Shown: positions 8,588-17,642 of the stretch, one piece after another
Layout: every line of letters begins with the position of its first letter
How positions within the stretch are numbered: the stretch's first letter is position 1
Source of the DNA: Burkholderiales bacterium
Lineage (GTDB): Bacteria; Pseudomonadota; Gammaproteobacteria; Burkholderiales; SG8-39
Assembly: GCA_919902965.1 (NCBI GenBank)
Contig: CAKKSJ010000276.1
Location: forward strand, 1 to 33,591
DNA length: 33,591 nucleotides
Direction: 5' to 3'
Notes under the pieces: model-generated
Databases searched by the model: none
Told to the model about the DNA's origin: nothing
What the model saw: only the letters and a program-made list of their open reading frames with translations
Translations under genes and position numbers: made by a program

Positions 8588-9562
8588 CTATCGTTTCTGC
8601 AGCGACTCGCGCTCCATGAGCAGATAGGTGCCGTAGGCATTGCTACGATTGGCTGCGTTGAACGCCGGCATGCTCTGATAGCGGCTCCAGTCGGTCTGCT
8701 GGTAGGCTTCCTCGAAGGGCATCATGTCCGCGGCGGCTTTGCCCATGGCCGCGCGCAGATAGCGCAGGTAGTCGCGCGTGAACACGAGATCCGCGGCGGC
8801 ATCGCGTGAGGCCGCGCCGTGTCCCGGCACAATGACTTTGGGATTGTGGCGCAGCAGCTCGTCCATTGCCGCGAGCCAGCGCCGGCTGTCGGCATCACCG
8901 ACGAAGGGCACGCGCCCCGAGAACACCAGATCGCCGGTAAACAGCGCCTGATCCTCGCGCACCAGCACGACCATATCGTCCGGCGCGTGCGCCGGTCCGG
9001 CGTAAATCAGATCGAAGTGCAGTCCGCCGAGTACGAAGGAGCTGTTGCCGTCCAGCCAGCGATCCGGCGGCAGCAGCGGCGTGTCTTGGTCCAGCCAGGT
9101 TGCAAGGACGCCCCGCCGCTGGTCCAGGCGCGCCGCCGCCACGCTGCCCTCGAGATAGTCGCGCGCGCGCTGGTGCGCCCAGATTTCGGCGCCGGCGGCC
9201 TTGAATGCCGGAAGCCCGTAGAAATGGTCCGAATGATAGTGCGTGACGATAACGCGCCGGATCGGCGCGGCGCTGATGCTGCGTATCGCCGCGAGCAGCG
9301 CGCGGCCCAGCGCCGGAGTGCCCAGCGCGTCGATCACGACGATGCCCTCGGCGGTGAGCACGAATCCGGCGTTCGAAATGTAGCCCTGGTTGGCGGCGGA
9401 CGCGGGTCCTGATTGCCCCTGCACATACCAGACGTGTTCGCTCACCTGCACCGGTTTCACGCTGATTGCATCTGCGGCAAATGCCGCGGCGGCGAACAGC
9501 GCCAAGCTGCAGCCGGAAATTATGCGCAGGAGGCGCAGACCCCGCTTAGGCGAGGCCGTCAT
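8588..9562 (-). CDS. Exported metallo-beta-lactamase-fold protein (SoxH-like)
   Basis: Signal peptide, SNAGFV, THYHSDH, AHAPDD, FTGDLVF and VPGHG. It lies directly downstream of soxB. Confidence 0.85.
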   Translation of the reverse strand: MTASPKRGLRLLRIISGCSLALFAAAAFAADAISVKPVQVSEHVWYVQGQSGPASAANQGYISNAGFVLTAEGIVVIDALGTPALGRALLAAIRSISAAPIRRVIVTHYHSDHFYGLPAFKAAGAEIWAHQRARDYLEGSVAAARLDQRRGVLATWLDQDTPLLPPDRWLDGNSSFVLGGLHFDLIYAGPAHAPDDMVVLVREDQALFTGDLVFSGRVPFVGDADSRRWLAAMDELLRHNPKVIVPGHGAASRDAAADLVFTRDYLRYLRAAMGKAAADMMPFEEAYQQTDWSRYQSMPAFNAANRSNAYGTYLLMERESLQKR

Positions 9563-11267
9563 TTCCTTGCATGCCCTTCAGGCGCGGGAGTTCGAGTTGC
9601 AGCGGTTTGATCAGCTTGCGGCTGCGCAGGTAGCGCGCCATCAGATCCCAGATCGGCTCGCCGCCCCTCGCTTTCGCTTCTGCCGATACCGGTGCCCAGC
9701 CCGCGACTTTGTATATCTTGGCCGCTTCCAGCGGCTTGCCCTTGATCGACATGCCGCTGATGCGCGCACCGGATTTCCCGTTGGGATCGCAGGTATAGCG
9801 CAAGCCGCCCACGCGCACCATGTCGCCGCCCTGCTGATAGTAGGGATCGGGATTGAACAGATTGTAGCCCACGTCTTCGAGGATAATCTTGACCGTTTCG
9901 CCCGTCATTTCGGTCACGGTGGTGTAGGGGTAGGTGATCGCCGTCTGGTCCAGCAGATGTTCCATCAGGATGGGCTCGCCCGGCAGCATGCTGGTGCCCC
10001 AGCGGAAGCCGGGCGAAAAGGCGATAGGCGTATCTTTTTCCGCCATCAGGCCCTCGAGTATCAATTGATCGAAGGTGCCGTTGAAACTGCCGCGGCGGTA
10101 AAGCAGGCCTTCGGTCAGCGCGAGCTTTTCGCCGAGCTTTTCCGCATAGGGCGCGCGCGCCTTGCGGATCAGCGCCTCCATTTCCGGGTCGGCGGGGAGC
10201 AGGTTGGCGAACACCGGCAGCAGCTTGTAGCGGAAATCCGCAAGCTTGCCGCTTTTGACTTCGAAATCCAGTACGCCGAGGAATTTGCCGTTGGATCCGG
10301 CGTTGGTGACCAGGGTCTTGCCGCCGGCGTTGCTCACGATGGTCGGCGCAGGCACGCCGTCGTGGGTATGCCCGCCGAGTATCGCATCGATGCCGCGCAC
10401 GCGCGTGGCGAGCTTGAGATCCACGTCCATGCCGTTGTGCGAGAGCAGGATCACCGCCTGCGCGCCCTTGGCGCGCGCCTCATCGACGGTTTTCTGCAGG
10501 GTTTCTTCCTGGATGCCGAAACTCCAGTCCGGAATCATGTAACGCGGATTGGCGATGGGCGTATACGGAAACGCCTGGCCGACGATGGCTACCGGCACGC
10601 CGTTCATGTTCTTGATGACATAGGGCGGGAACACCGCGTCGCCGAAGTCGGCGGTCTTGATGTTCTGCGCGAGGAAATCGATCCTGCCCTTGAAGTCGCG
10701 GTCCACGATTTGCTTGACGCGCGCGGCGCCGAGGGTGAATTCCCAGTGCCCGGTCATCACGTCCACGCCCAGCAGTTTGCAGGCATCGACCATGTCCTGG
10801 CCCTGGGTCCACAAGGCGGTGGCCGAGCCCTGCCAGGTGTCGCCGCCATCGAGCAGCAGCGCGCCGGGGCGATCCGCCTTCAGCTGCTTTACCAGGGTGG
10901 CGAGATGGGCGAAACCGCCGACCTTGCCGTAAGTCCTGGCAGCCGGTTCGAAATCGAGGAAAGTGAAAGCGTGCGCCTCGGCCGTTCCCGCCTTGATGCC
11001 GAAATGCCGCAGCAATGCCTCGCCCACCAGGTGGGGCGGCCGGCCGCTCATACCTGCAACGCCGAGATTGACGTTCGGCTCGCGAAACCGCAGCGGCAGG
11101 AGCTGCGCGTGGCAGTCGGTAAAGTGCAGGAAATGCACATTGCCGAAACGCGGCAGATCGTACAAGCGCGCCGCTGCCTGCGCCTGCGCGCGCCCGGAAA
11201 AATGCGCCAGGGGCAGGCCGCAGGCGGCGGCCATTCCCATTACATGCAGGAACTCGCGCCGGTTCAC
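9546..11267 (-). CDS. soxB: Thiosulfohydrolase SoxB
   Basis: Tat signal NRREFL. HFTDCHAQL, LLDGGDTWQGS, GHWEFT, SHNGMDVD, GGHTHD and NPDPYYQQGGDMVR motifs. Confidence 0.97.
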   Translation of the reverse strand: MNRREFLHVMGMAAACGLPLAHFSGRAQAQAAARLYDLPRFGNVHFLHFTDCHAQLLPLRFREPNVNLGVAGMSGRPPHLVGEALLRHFGIKAGTAEAHAFTFLDFEPAARTYGKVGGFAHLATLVKQLKADRPGALLLDGGDTWQGSATALWTQGQDMVDACKLLGVDVMTGHWEFTLGAARVKQIVDRDFKGRIDFLAQNIKTADFGDAVFPPYVIKNMNGVPVAIVGQAFPYTPIANPRYMIPDWSFGIQEETLQKTVDEARAKGAQAVILLSHNGMDVDLKLATRVRGIDAILGGHTHDGVPAPTIVSNAGGKTLVTNAGSNGKFLGVLDFEVKSGKLADFRYKLLPVFANLLPADPEMEALIRKARAPYAEKLGEKLALTEGLLYRRGSFNGTFDQLILEGLMAEKDTPIAFSPGFRWGTSMLPGEPILMEHLLDQTAITYPYTTVTEMTGETVKIILEDVGYNLFNPDPYYQQGGDMVRVGGLRYTCDPNGKSGARISGMSIKGKPLEAAKIYKVAGWAPVSAEAKARGGEPIWDLMARYLRSRKLIKPLQLELPRLKGMQGNDGLA

Positions 11268-11280
11268 GCTCCGACGCGCT

Positions 11281-11904
11281 TTACTTGTTTACCGGCGAGT
11301 TTGGATCGAGCAGGAGGGCGACCAGGTCCTTGATCTGCGTCTCGGTCAATGTACCGGAATGACCCAAGCGCGGCATGTTGGAACACAGATTGAACGCCTT
11401 GGCGTTGTAGATCTTGCCGTACACGTACTTCTGCACATCCGGGCCGTAGCCGCGGATCTTGCCGAAGTGGAGCAGGCTGTTGCCGATGTCGCCGAAGGAA
11501 GTCGTGGCCGGTCCGATCTGGTGGCAGTTGTAGCAGCTGCCGCCGTTCGGCTCACCGCGCGAGGTCTTCCCGAGCTTGTCCTTCCAGGTCATGGCGCGCC
11601 CGCGCTGTGCGATTTTCTCGCCCGCTTTCCAGTCGCCCAGGAACTTGCCGTCCGCCGGATACTTGATCGTCGCGAGCTGGTCCTGCTGCAGGCGTTCGCC
11701 TACATCCTTGGGCGGGTTGTTGCGGCTGCGATTGCATATGGTCTGCAAGGTGTCTTCGTCCAGCCGGTCTTTGCCGGCGATGCCTTTGGCGTGGAAATCC
11801 CGCTTCATCATGTTGATGGCCTGAGCACGGTAGTCCTGGGCCTGCGCCGCGAACGCGATGGCCAGGGTTACGGCGCCGAATATCGATGCTTGAAATGTTT
11901 TCAT
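11281..11904 (-). CDS. soxX: Sulfur oxidation c-type cytochrome SoxX
   Basis: GDWKAGEKIAQ, NGGSCYNCHQ heme motif and CSNMPRLG, located between soxA and soxB. Confidence 0.94.
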   Translation of the reverse strand: MKTFQASIFGAVTLAIAFAAQAQDYRAQAINMMKRDFHAKGIAGKDRLDEDTLQTICNRSRNNPPKDVGERLQQDQLATIKYPADGKFLGDWKAGEKIAQRGRAMTWKDKLGKTSRGEPNGGSCYNCHQIGPATTSFGDIGNSLLHFGKIRGYGPDVQKYVYGKIYNAKAFNLCSNMPRLGHSGTLTETQIKDLVALLLDPNSPVNK

Positions 11905-11919
11905 GTTATTTCCCTCCGG

Positions 11920-12765
11920 CTAGCGCTTGATTCCCGGGCCCGAATACCGGTTCCCGTTGGCGTTGACGCCCATATAGGTCAGAAGGTCCGCGATGGTCTC
12001 GGACGCGTATCCCGGCTCGGGAAAGCGCTGCTGGCGGAAACAGTCGTTCATGCGCCATTGCAGCGTATGCATCAGGCCGCCGGTCATGCGATAGCCGGGC
12101 CAGCCCTGGAACGCGCGATTCGCCCCCTCTTTCTTGCTGAGGTTGGGCAGGTTCTGCGTACGTATGCGCTTGCCGTCCTCGCCGTGACAGCTGGCGCAGG
12201 AAAAATCCCAGGGCCCGGCGCGGTAATTGAATATTTCCTCGCCGATCTTGTAGGCTTCACGTTCCATTGCATGTTTCTGCGGGACGGCGATTTTCATGCC
12301 GCGCGATTGCGCGGCTACGTAGGTGACCAGCGCCACCGGAGCGGGTACGTATGCGCCATTGCTAAAGGGCTTCTTGGCGAGATCCGCCTCCTTGAATCCC
12401 TGCAGCGTCACCATGCAATAGACGATGCGCCGCTCGGCATCCATCATCTGGCCCGCGTCGGCAAAGTAGCGCGGCATCTTGACATAGGCGCCCTTCACTA
12501 CGCCGGGTCCCAGGCCCAGGTCGCATTTCTCCAGCGAGGCGTTCTTCGGCCCGCGCTTGGCTTTCCACAATTCCTCGCCCTTGGCTTCGAACAACTCGGC
12601 GGGACTCGCTTCCGCCATCATTTTGTTGAATTTCTCGAACTCGGCCGCGACCCGATCGACTTTTGCCGCCGCCTTCTTGGGCGCGGCGGTTTGCTGGGCC
12701 TGCGCGGCGCACGCCAGGGCCAGACCGGACAGCGCAACGACTACCCTTAGCTTGATGCTTGACAT
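11920..12765 (-). CDS. soxA: Sulfur oxidation cytochrome SoxA (mono-heme type)
   Basis: A single CASCH heme motif, SLEKCDLGLGPG and the active-site RMNDCFRQQRFP. ATG at 12765 with RBS GGAGGA. Confidence 0.95.
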   Translation of the reverse strand: MSSIKLRVVVALSGLALACAAQAQQTAAPKKAAAKVDRVAAEFEKFNKMMAEASPAELFEAKGEELWKAKRGPKNASLEKCDLGLGPGVVKGAYVKMPRYFADAGQMMDAERRIVYCMVTLQGFKEADLAKKPFSNGAYVPAPVALVTYVAAQSRGMKIAVPQKHAMEREAYKIGEEIFNYRAGPWDFSCASCHGEDGKRIRTQNLPNLSKKEGANRAFQGWPGYRMTGGLMHTLQWRMNDCFRQQRFPEPGYASETIADLLTYMGVNANGNRYSGPGIKR

Positions 12766-12855
12766 GGAATCCTCCTCCAAAGTTTTTTGCCTGCCGCGCG
12801 GGACTGTTTGCCCGGCGCGCCTCCTGCACCCACTCTTGGGGTGGGTTGTGACGCT

Positions 12856-13167
12856 TCAGTTAATCGTAGCCTCGTCAGTGCGTTTATCGCCCTTGTTGTC
12901 GGTCCAGATGATCTGAATCTTGTCGCCTTTCTTGCCGCCTTTGAAATTGAACTCGAGAAACGGGTTCTTCGCTATCGCGGGTCCCCAGGTCGCCGACAGC
13001 ACTTCCTTGCCTTGCCAGCTTGCGCTGACATGCTGGATGAAGTGGGCGGGTATGGGCTTGCCGGCGCTGTCCTTGCGCTGGCCGGTCTCCATCTCGTGGG
13101 CCATCAATACTTTTACGTTTACACCGCCGTCTTTGGCGGTGGCGCGGATGCGCATCGGATCTGCCAT
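12856..13167 (-). CDS. soxZ: Thiosulfate oxidation carrier complex protein SoxZ
   Basis: VKVLMAHEMETGQRKD..G..IPAHFI, AKNPF and WTDNKG. Confidence 0.96.
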   Translation of the reverse strand: MADPMRIRATAKDGGVNVKVLMAHEMETGQRKDSAGKPIPAHFIQHVSASWQGKEVLSATWGPAIAKNPFLEFNFKGGKKGDKIQIIWTDNKGDKRTDEATIN

Positions 13168-13256
13168 GTTGCTCCTCCTGTTTTAGTCCCGGCATAACGC
13201 GCTGCGCGCGTCAGCCTCGTCTGGAATTTCGTTATTCCCCAGCCTATCGGTGGCGC

Positions 13257-13727
13257 TCAGCCGCCGCATCCGCCGATGGTGACTTTGATCTCTTTCTTGG
13301 TGATGTAGTACTTGCCCTGCGCCTTCACCAGTACATGCACATCGGTCGTTTGCGCCAATTTCACGCGCGTGCTCACCGAGGCTGCGGTTCCGGAGGGGAT
13401 GTTGAAGCTTGCGGCCAGCGCGGTCGGGTTCTTGGCGATCAAAAACGCGATCGATTCCGTGCCCGGGATATTGCTTAGCGCGGCGACCGGCACCACGGCG
13501 CCGTTCTCGGCGATTTCCGGCGCGGTCATTACGATGTCATTGGAATTGGCGGGATTGCCGGCGCCGAGTGCGTCCAGCGCGTCCTTTATGCTCTTCGCCG
13601 CGTATGCCTTTTGGTTCCACTCAGCGGCCTGCGCCGGGCCCGGTCGAAGCAGTCCGGCCGCGGCGAGCATGGTGAACAGGCCGGCGCCGCCACCCGCGCG
13701 TAGTACGTTTCTGCGTGTTTGATTCAT
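13257..13727 (-). CDS. soxY: Thiosulfate oxidation carrier protein SoxY
   Basis: Tat signal TRRNVL, APEIAENGAVVP and the C-terminal swinging arm VTIGGCGG. Confidence 0.97.
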   Translation of the reverse strand: MNQTRRNVLRAGGGAGLFTMLAAAGLLRPGPAQAAEWNQKAYAAKSIKDALDALGAGNPANSNDIVMTAPEIAENGAVVPVAALSNIPGTESIAFLIAKNPTALAASFNIPSGTAASVSTRVKLAQTTDVHVLVKAQGKYYITKKEIKVTIGGCGG

Positions 13728-13937
13728 GTCTCCTCCTTGGTTCTGGAAATTCTAAAAATATTTTCGGCAGGCTTCTTGGAGCTTGTCGCCGGCATGATAA
13801 CCATGATCCGGACACGCAGCGCTTCGAGTTTTTCTATGCGTACATTAACTGAGTTTGGGACGGAAAGAAAACCACGCCGCGTGCGCTTGAGTCTGTGCCG
13901 CCCGCGCCGCTTCCTTTCAAATCCGCAAATCAGCTGC

Positions 13938-14378
13938 TCACGGCTTGATGTAGACATAGCCCTCGCGGGACTGCAGCTTCGCAAGTTCGCCCACGCCCGA
14001 GGGAACAAATTTCGCCTCCGGAATGAACTGGTTTTTGTTCAGCTTGCGGCTACTCAGGGTAATTTCGCACACGTCGAAAGTCACGCCTTTGGCCGCAAGC
14101 TCCTCCACCTTGATATTATAGGGATTGCCGTTCTTGTCCTTGGCATTTTCCATGAGGAAATCCACGCCGCGCGCATGGCTCACGATCACGATCCTGGCCG
14201 TCGGGTCTACGCTCAGATGGTTGCCGACGTTGCGCATTACCGCAGCAGCATTGGCGGAGTCGTTGATGTGATAGACGGCCTTGTCGGGTCCGAAGCCGCG
14301 CATCGAGGCGCAGCCGCTCAGACTGATGGCAGCGACCGCTGCGAGTATCAAGATGCCACGCCGGCACAGGTTTGTCAT
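13938..14378 (-). CDS. DsrE/DsrF-like family protein, predicted lipoprotein
   Basis: ATG at 14378 with RBS GGAGG. Signal MTNLCRRGIL...LSGC (lipobox). KAVYHIND, NHL, FDVCEITL and VPSGVGELAKLQ..GYVYIKP. Confidence 0.85.
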   Translation of the reverse strand: MTNLCRRGILILAAVAAISLSGCASMRGFGPDKAVYHINDSANAAAVMRNVGNHLSVDPTARIVIVSHARGVDFLMENAKDKNGNPYNIKVEELAAKGVTFDVCEITLSSRKLNKNQFIPEAKFVPSGVGELAKLQSREGYVYIKP

Positions 14379-14622
14379 TTGTGTTTCCTCCAGTAATTGT
14401 GCTGATCCTTCAACACTGTTGCCCGGCATGTTATTGACCTGCGCTGCTGCCATCGACAACGAGAGCCCCGGAAAAACGCTGTGCTGTCCCCCGGGGCGGC
14501 CGCCAGCATAACCGGGTTCGTCTTGAACAGCAAGCACCCGAATATCCTTCGACGCGCAGGCCGTGGCGAGTGGCAGGCGCATTCCTTTTCGGCTAGTATT
14601 TGCGGCGTTCAGGAGCAATCTG

Positions 14623-15066
14623 TTGAAGAAGACCCTCTTTGCCACGCCACAGGATGCGGAAGCCGCGTTTTATGAAGCGCTCCAGCGCGCCGACCTGGAT
14701 GCGATGATGGAGGTCTGGGCCGAGGACGAGGAGGTGAGCTGCATCCATCCCGGCGGGGCGCGCCTCAGCGGAATCGAGCAGGTGCGCGAAAACTGGGCGC
14801 AGATCTTCAAGTCCGGACAGCGCCTGCAGGTCCAGCTGTCGGATCTGCTCATCGTGTCCGGCGCGATGTTCTCGCTGCATAGCCTGCACGAAAACATACT
14901 GGTGCTGGGCGGACAAGGCGAGGGCGCGCGCCGCATCGTGGTCACGACCAACGCCTACCTGCGCGCAGGCGGCGGCTGGCGCATGGTGCTGCACCACGCG
15001 TCGCACTCGCCCGCGCCCGTGGTGCGCCGCGAGCTTCCGCTGGAAGCGCCCAAAGTGCTGCATTGA
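14623..15066 (+). CDS. NTF2/SnoaL-like protein
   Basis: AEAAFYEALQRADLDAMM.VW, CIHPGG and WRMVLHHAS. A TTG start follows AGGAG. Confidence 0.85.
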   Translation: MKKTLFATPQDAEAAFYEALQRADLDAMMEVWAEDEEVSCIHPGGARLSGIEQVRENWAQIFKSGQRLQVQLSDLLIVSGAMFSLHSLHENILVLGGQGEGARRIVVTTNAYLRAGGGWRMVLHHASHSPAPVVRRELPLEAPKVLH

Positions 15067-16036
15067 TTGCCGCATCAGGCGTTTACGCCGCGCCGCGCTG
15101 GCTGCGCGGCAGCCACGCGCAGACCATCTATCCCGCCCTGTTCCTGCGTGCATCGCCGCCGCGCTACCGGCGCGTACGCTGGGACACGCCCGACGGCGAT
15201 TTCATCGACCTGGATTTTGTGGATGGTGGCGCCGCCGGCGCGCCGTGCGTCGCCTTGTTCCACGGACTCGAAGGCGATTCGTCCAGCCACTATGCCGTGG
15301 CGCTGATGCGCGCGCTCGCGCGCGCTGGAACGGCGTGGTGGTGCATTTTCGCGGCTGCAGCGGCGAAATCAACCGCCTGCCGCGCGCCTATCATTCCGGC
15401 GACGCGCCCGAGATTGGCTGGATCCTCGCACGCCTGGCGCTGGAGGCAACACCGCTGTTTGCAGCGGGCGTATCCCTGGGCGGCAACGCATTGCTCAAAT
15501 GGCTGGGCGAGAGCGGAACCGGGGCGCGCCGCCACCTGCATGCGGCTGCAGCGGTGTCGGCGCCGCTGGACCTGATGGCGGCCGGGACGGCGCTGGGGCG
15601 GGGGCTGAACCTGATTTACACGCGCATGTTCCTCGCCAGCCTGCGTAGCAAAAGCCTGCACAAACTCGAACGCTATCCCGGCCTGTTCGATCGCGCCAGG
15701 ATGCTCGCGGCGCGCACGCTGCGCGAGTTCGACGATGTCGTCACGGCGCCGCTGCACGGTTTTCGCGATAGCGACGATTACTGGACGCGCGCCAGTGCGA
15801 AGCCCGTACTCGCCGGCGTGCGCGTGCCGGCGCTGGTGCTCAATTCTAGAAACGATCCGTTTCTGCCTGCGTCCTGTCTGCCGCGGCCGGAGGATGTGTC
15901 AGCCGCAGTGCAGCTCGAGCGGCCCGAAGAGGGCGGCCATGCCGGATTTGCCGGCGGCGCGTTTCCGGGCAATCTCGACTGGCTGCCGCTGCGCCTGCTG
16001 GCGTTTTTTGGCAGCCATCTACACCCGGTGCGTTAA
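15063..16036 (+). pseudogene. YheT-family alpha/beta hydrolase with a frameshift near 15325 (pseudogene or sequencing error)
   Basis: Frame A: WLRGSHAQTI...TPDGDFIDLD...FHGLEGDSSSHYA. Frame B: WNGVVVHFRGCSGE.N..PRAYHSG...GVSLGG...NDPF...GGH.GF. Confidence 0.8.
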
Positions 16037-16072
16037 AATGCAGCTCCTTCATTTTCAAGCAGCGCAGCGCCC

Positions 16073-17449
16073 ATGAGGTCCGTCCCCGCAGAGATTTTCA
16101 AGGCCTATGACATACGCGGTATCGTCGGGCGCACGCTCACCCCCGCAATCGTCGCCGCCATCGGCCGCGCGCTCGGATCGGAAGCGCGTGCGCGATCGCA
16201 AACGGCGCTTGCCATCGGCCGCGACGGCAGGCTGTCCGGCCCCGAATTGTCCGGCGCGCTGGCGCAGGGCTTGTGCGCTGCCGGGGTCGACGTCATCGAC
16301 ATCGGCATGGCGGCCACGCCCATGGGCTATTTTGCCGCGCATCACCTGGGCTGCGGCAGCGTGGTCATGGTCACGGGCAGCCACAATCCGCCTGACTACA
16401 ACGGCCTCAAGATGGTGCTCGGCGGGGTGACGCTGGCGCTCGATGACATCCAGCGCCTGCGCGCGCGGATCGAGGCCGGCGATTTTTCGAAAGGCGCTGG
16501 AAGCCGCACGACGGCCGATGTGCGTGAAGCTTATCTCGCGCGCATCGCATCCGACGTCAAGCTCGCGCGGCCCATGCGCATCGTCATCGACTGCGGCAAT
16601 GGCGTGGCCGGCGCGAGCGCGCCCGAGCTGTTCCGCCGCCTGGGCTGCACGGTGAGCGAGCTCTATTGCGAGGTCGACGGCAATTTCCCGAATCATCATC
16701 CCGATCCGTCCAAGCCGCATAACCTGCAGGAGCTGATCGCGGCGGTACGCGATACAGATGCAGAGCTGGGCCTTGCGTTCGATGGCGACGGCGACCGCCT
16801 CGGCGTGGTCACCAGGGATGGCAATATCATTTATCCCGACCGGCAGCTGATGCTGTTCGCCGACGACGTGCTCAAGCGCAACCCGGGCGCGGAGATCATT
16901 TACGACGTCAAGTGCACGCGCCGGCTCGCCCTCTGGATCAGCGAGCGCGGCGGCAAGCCGCTGATGTGGAAAACCGGGCATTCGCTGGTCAAGGCGAAAA
17001 TGAAGGAGCGCCATTCGCCCCTCGCCGGCGAGATGAGCGGGCATATATTCTTCGGCGAGCGCTGGTACGGTTTCGACGACGCGCAGTACGTGGGCGCGCG
17101 GCTGCTGGAAATCCTCAGCCGCCACACCGACCCGGACGCGGTGCTCGACGCGCTGCCCGACTCGATCAACACACCCGAGCTTAACTGGAAGCTTGCCGAA
17201 GGCGAGCCGCAGCGTCTGATCGAGGCGCTGCAGCACAGCGCGCGCTTTCCCGGCGCGCGCGAAGTCATCAAGCTCGACGGCCTGCGCGTGGAATACGCCG
17301 ACGGTTTCGGCCTCGCGCGCGCGTCCAACACCACGCCGGTGATCGTGCTGCGCTTCGAGGGCGACACGCAGGCGGCGCTAGAACGCATCCAGGCGGAATT
17401 CCGCGCCGTGCTGCAGGCGGCCAAGCCCGGCGCGCAACTGCCTTTTTAG
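16073..17449 (+). CDS. algC: Phosphomannomutase/phosphoglucomutase
   Basis: IFKAYDIRG, TGSHNP, FDGDGDR, GEMSGH and RASNTTP. Confidence 0.96.
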   Translation: MRSVPAEIFKAYDIRGIVGRTLTPAIVAAIGRALGSEARARSQTALAIGRDGRLSGPELSGALAQGLCAAGVDVIDIGMAATPMGYFAAHHLGCGSVVMVTGSHNPPDYNGLKMVLGGVTLALDDIQRLRARIEAGDFSKGAGSRTTADVREAYLARIASDVKLARPMRIVIDCGNGVAGASAPELFRRLGCTVSELYCEVDGNFPNHHPDPSKPHNLQELIAAVRDTDAELGLAFDGDGDRLGVVTRDGNIIYPDRQLMLFADDVLKRNPGAEIIYDVKCTRRLALWISERGGKPLMWKTGHSLVKAKMKERHSPLAGEMSGHIFFGERWYGFDDAQYVGARLLEILSRHTDPDAVLDALPDSINTPELNWKLAEGEPQRLIEALQHSARFPGAREVIKLDGLRVEYADGFGLARASNTTPVIVLRFEGDTQAALERIQAEFRAVLQAAKPGAQLPF

Positions 17450-17599
17450 GCAGCGGACGTTTATTGTATAGAGCTTGGGGGCGGCGCGCGGCCGCGTGTA
17501 GGCATGGATCCCGCAGACCGTACAAAAGTGGTGCTTTGCGAGCATGGTTCCAAATTGATAGGTGCCGAGCTCGTCTAGACCCGACACAAGCCGAAAGAG
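17447..17599 (-). pseudogene. C-terminal remnant of a GFA/CENP-V family protein
   Basis: LFRLVSGLDELGTYQFGTMLAKHHFCTVCGIHAYTRPRAAPKLYTINVRCL. There is no start codon, and the frame runs on antisense into algC. Confidence 0.8.
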
Positions 17600-17642
17600 G
17601 GCGTGCTCCTTTTCACGCGTTCCCTTCAAACGCAGGTTCGGG
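17599..17642 (-). repeat. Left-half remnant of an attC site
   Basis: CCCGAAC CTGCG TTTGAAGGGAACGCG... resembles R''/L''. The right half is missing. Confidence 0.45.

Noticed and set aside
9390-12750. Long plus-strand ORFs of 647 aa and 595 aa
   Set aside because: They are antisense shadows of soxB/soxX/soxA, typical of high-GC coding DNA, with no recognisable motifs.
12828-12847. Hairpin between soxZ and soxA as a terminator
   Set aside because: The stem is short and has no U-tract on the coding strand, so there is not enough support.
14379-14645. Long N-terminal extensions of the DsrE-like and SnoaL ORFs
   Set aside because: RBS-supported starts at 14378 and 14623 fit the family lengths, and the extensions would overlap in a divergent promoter region.
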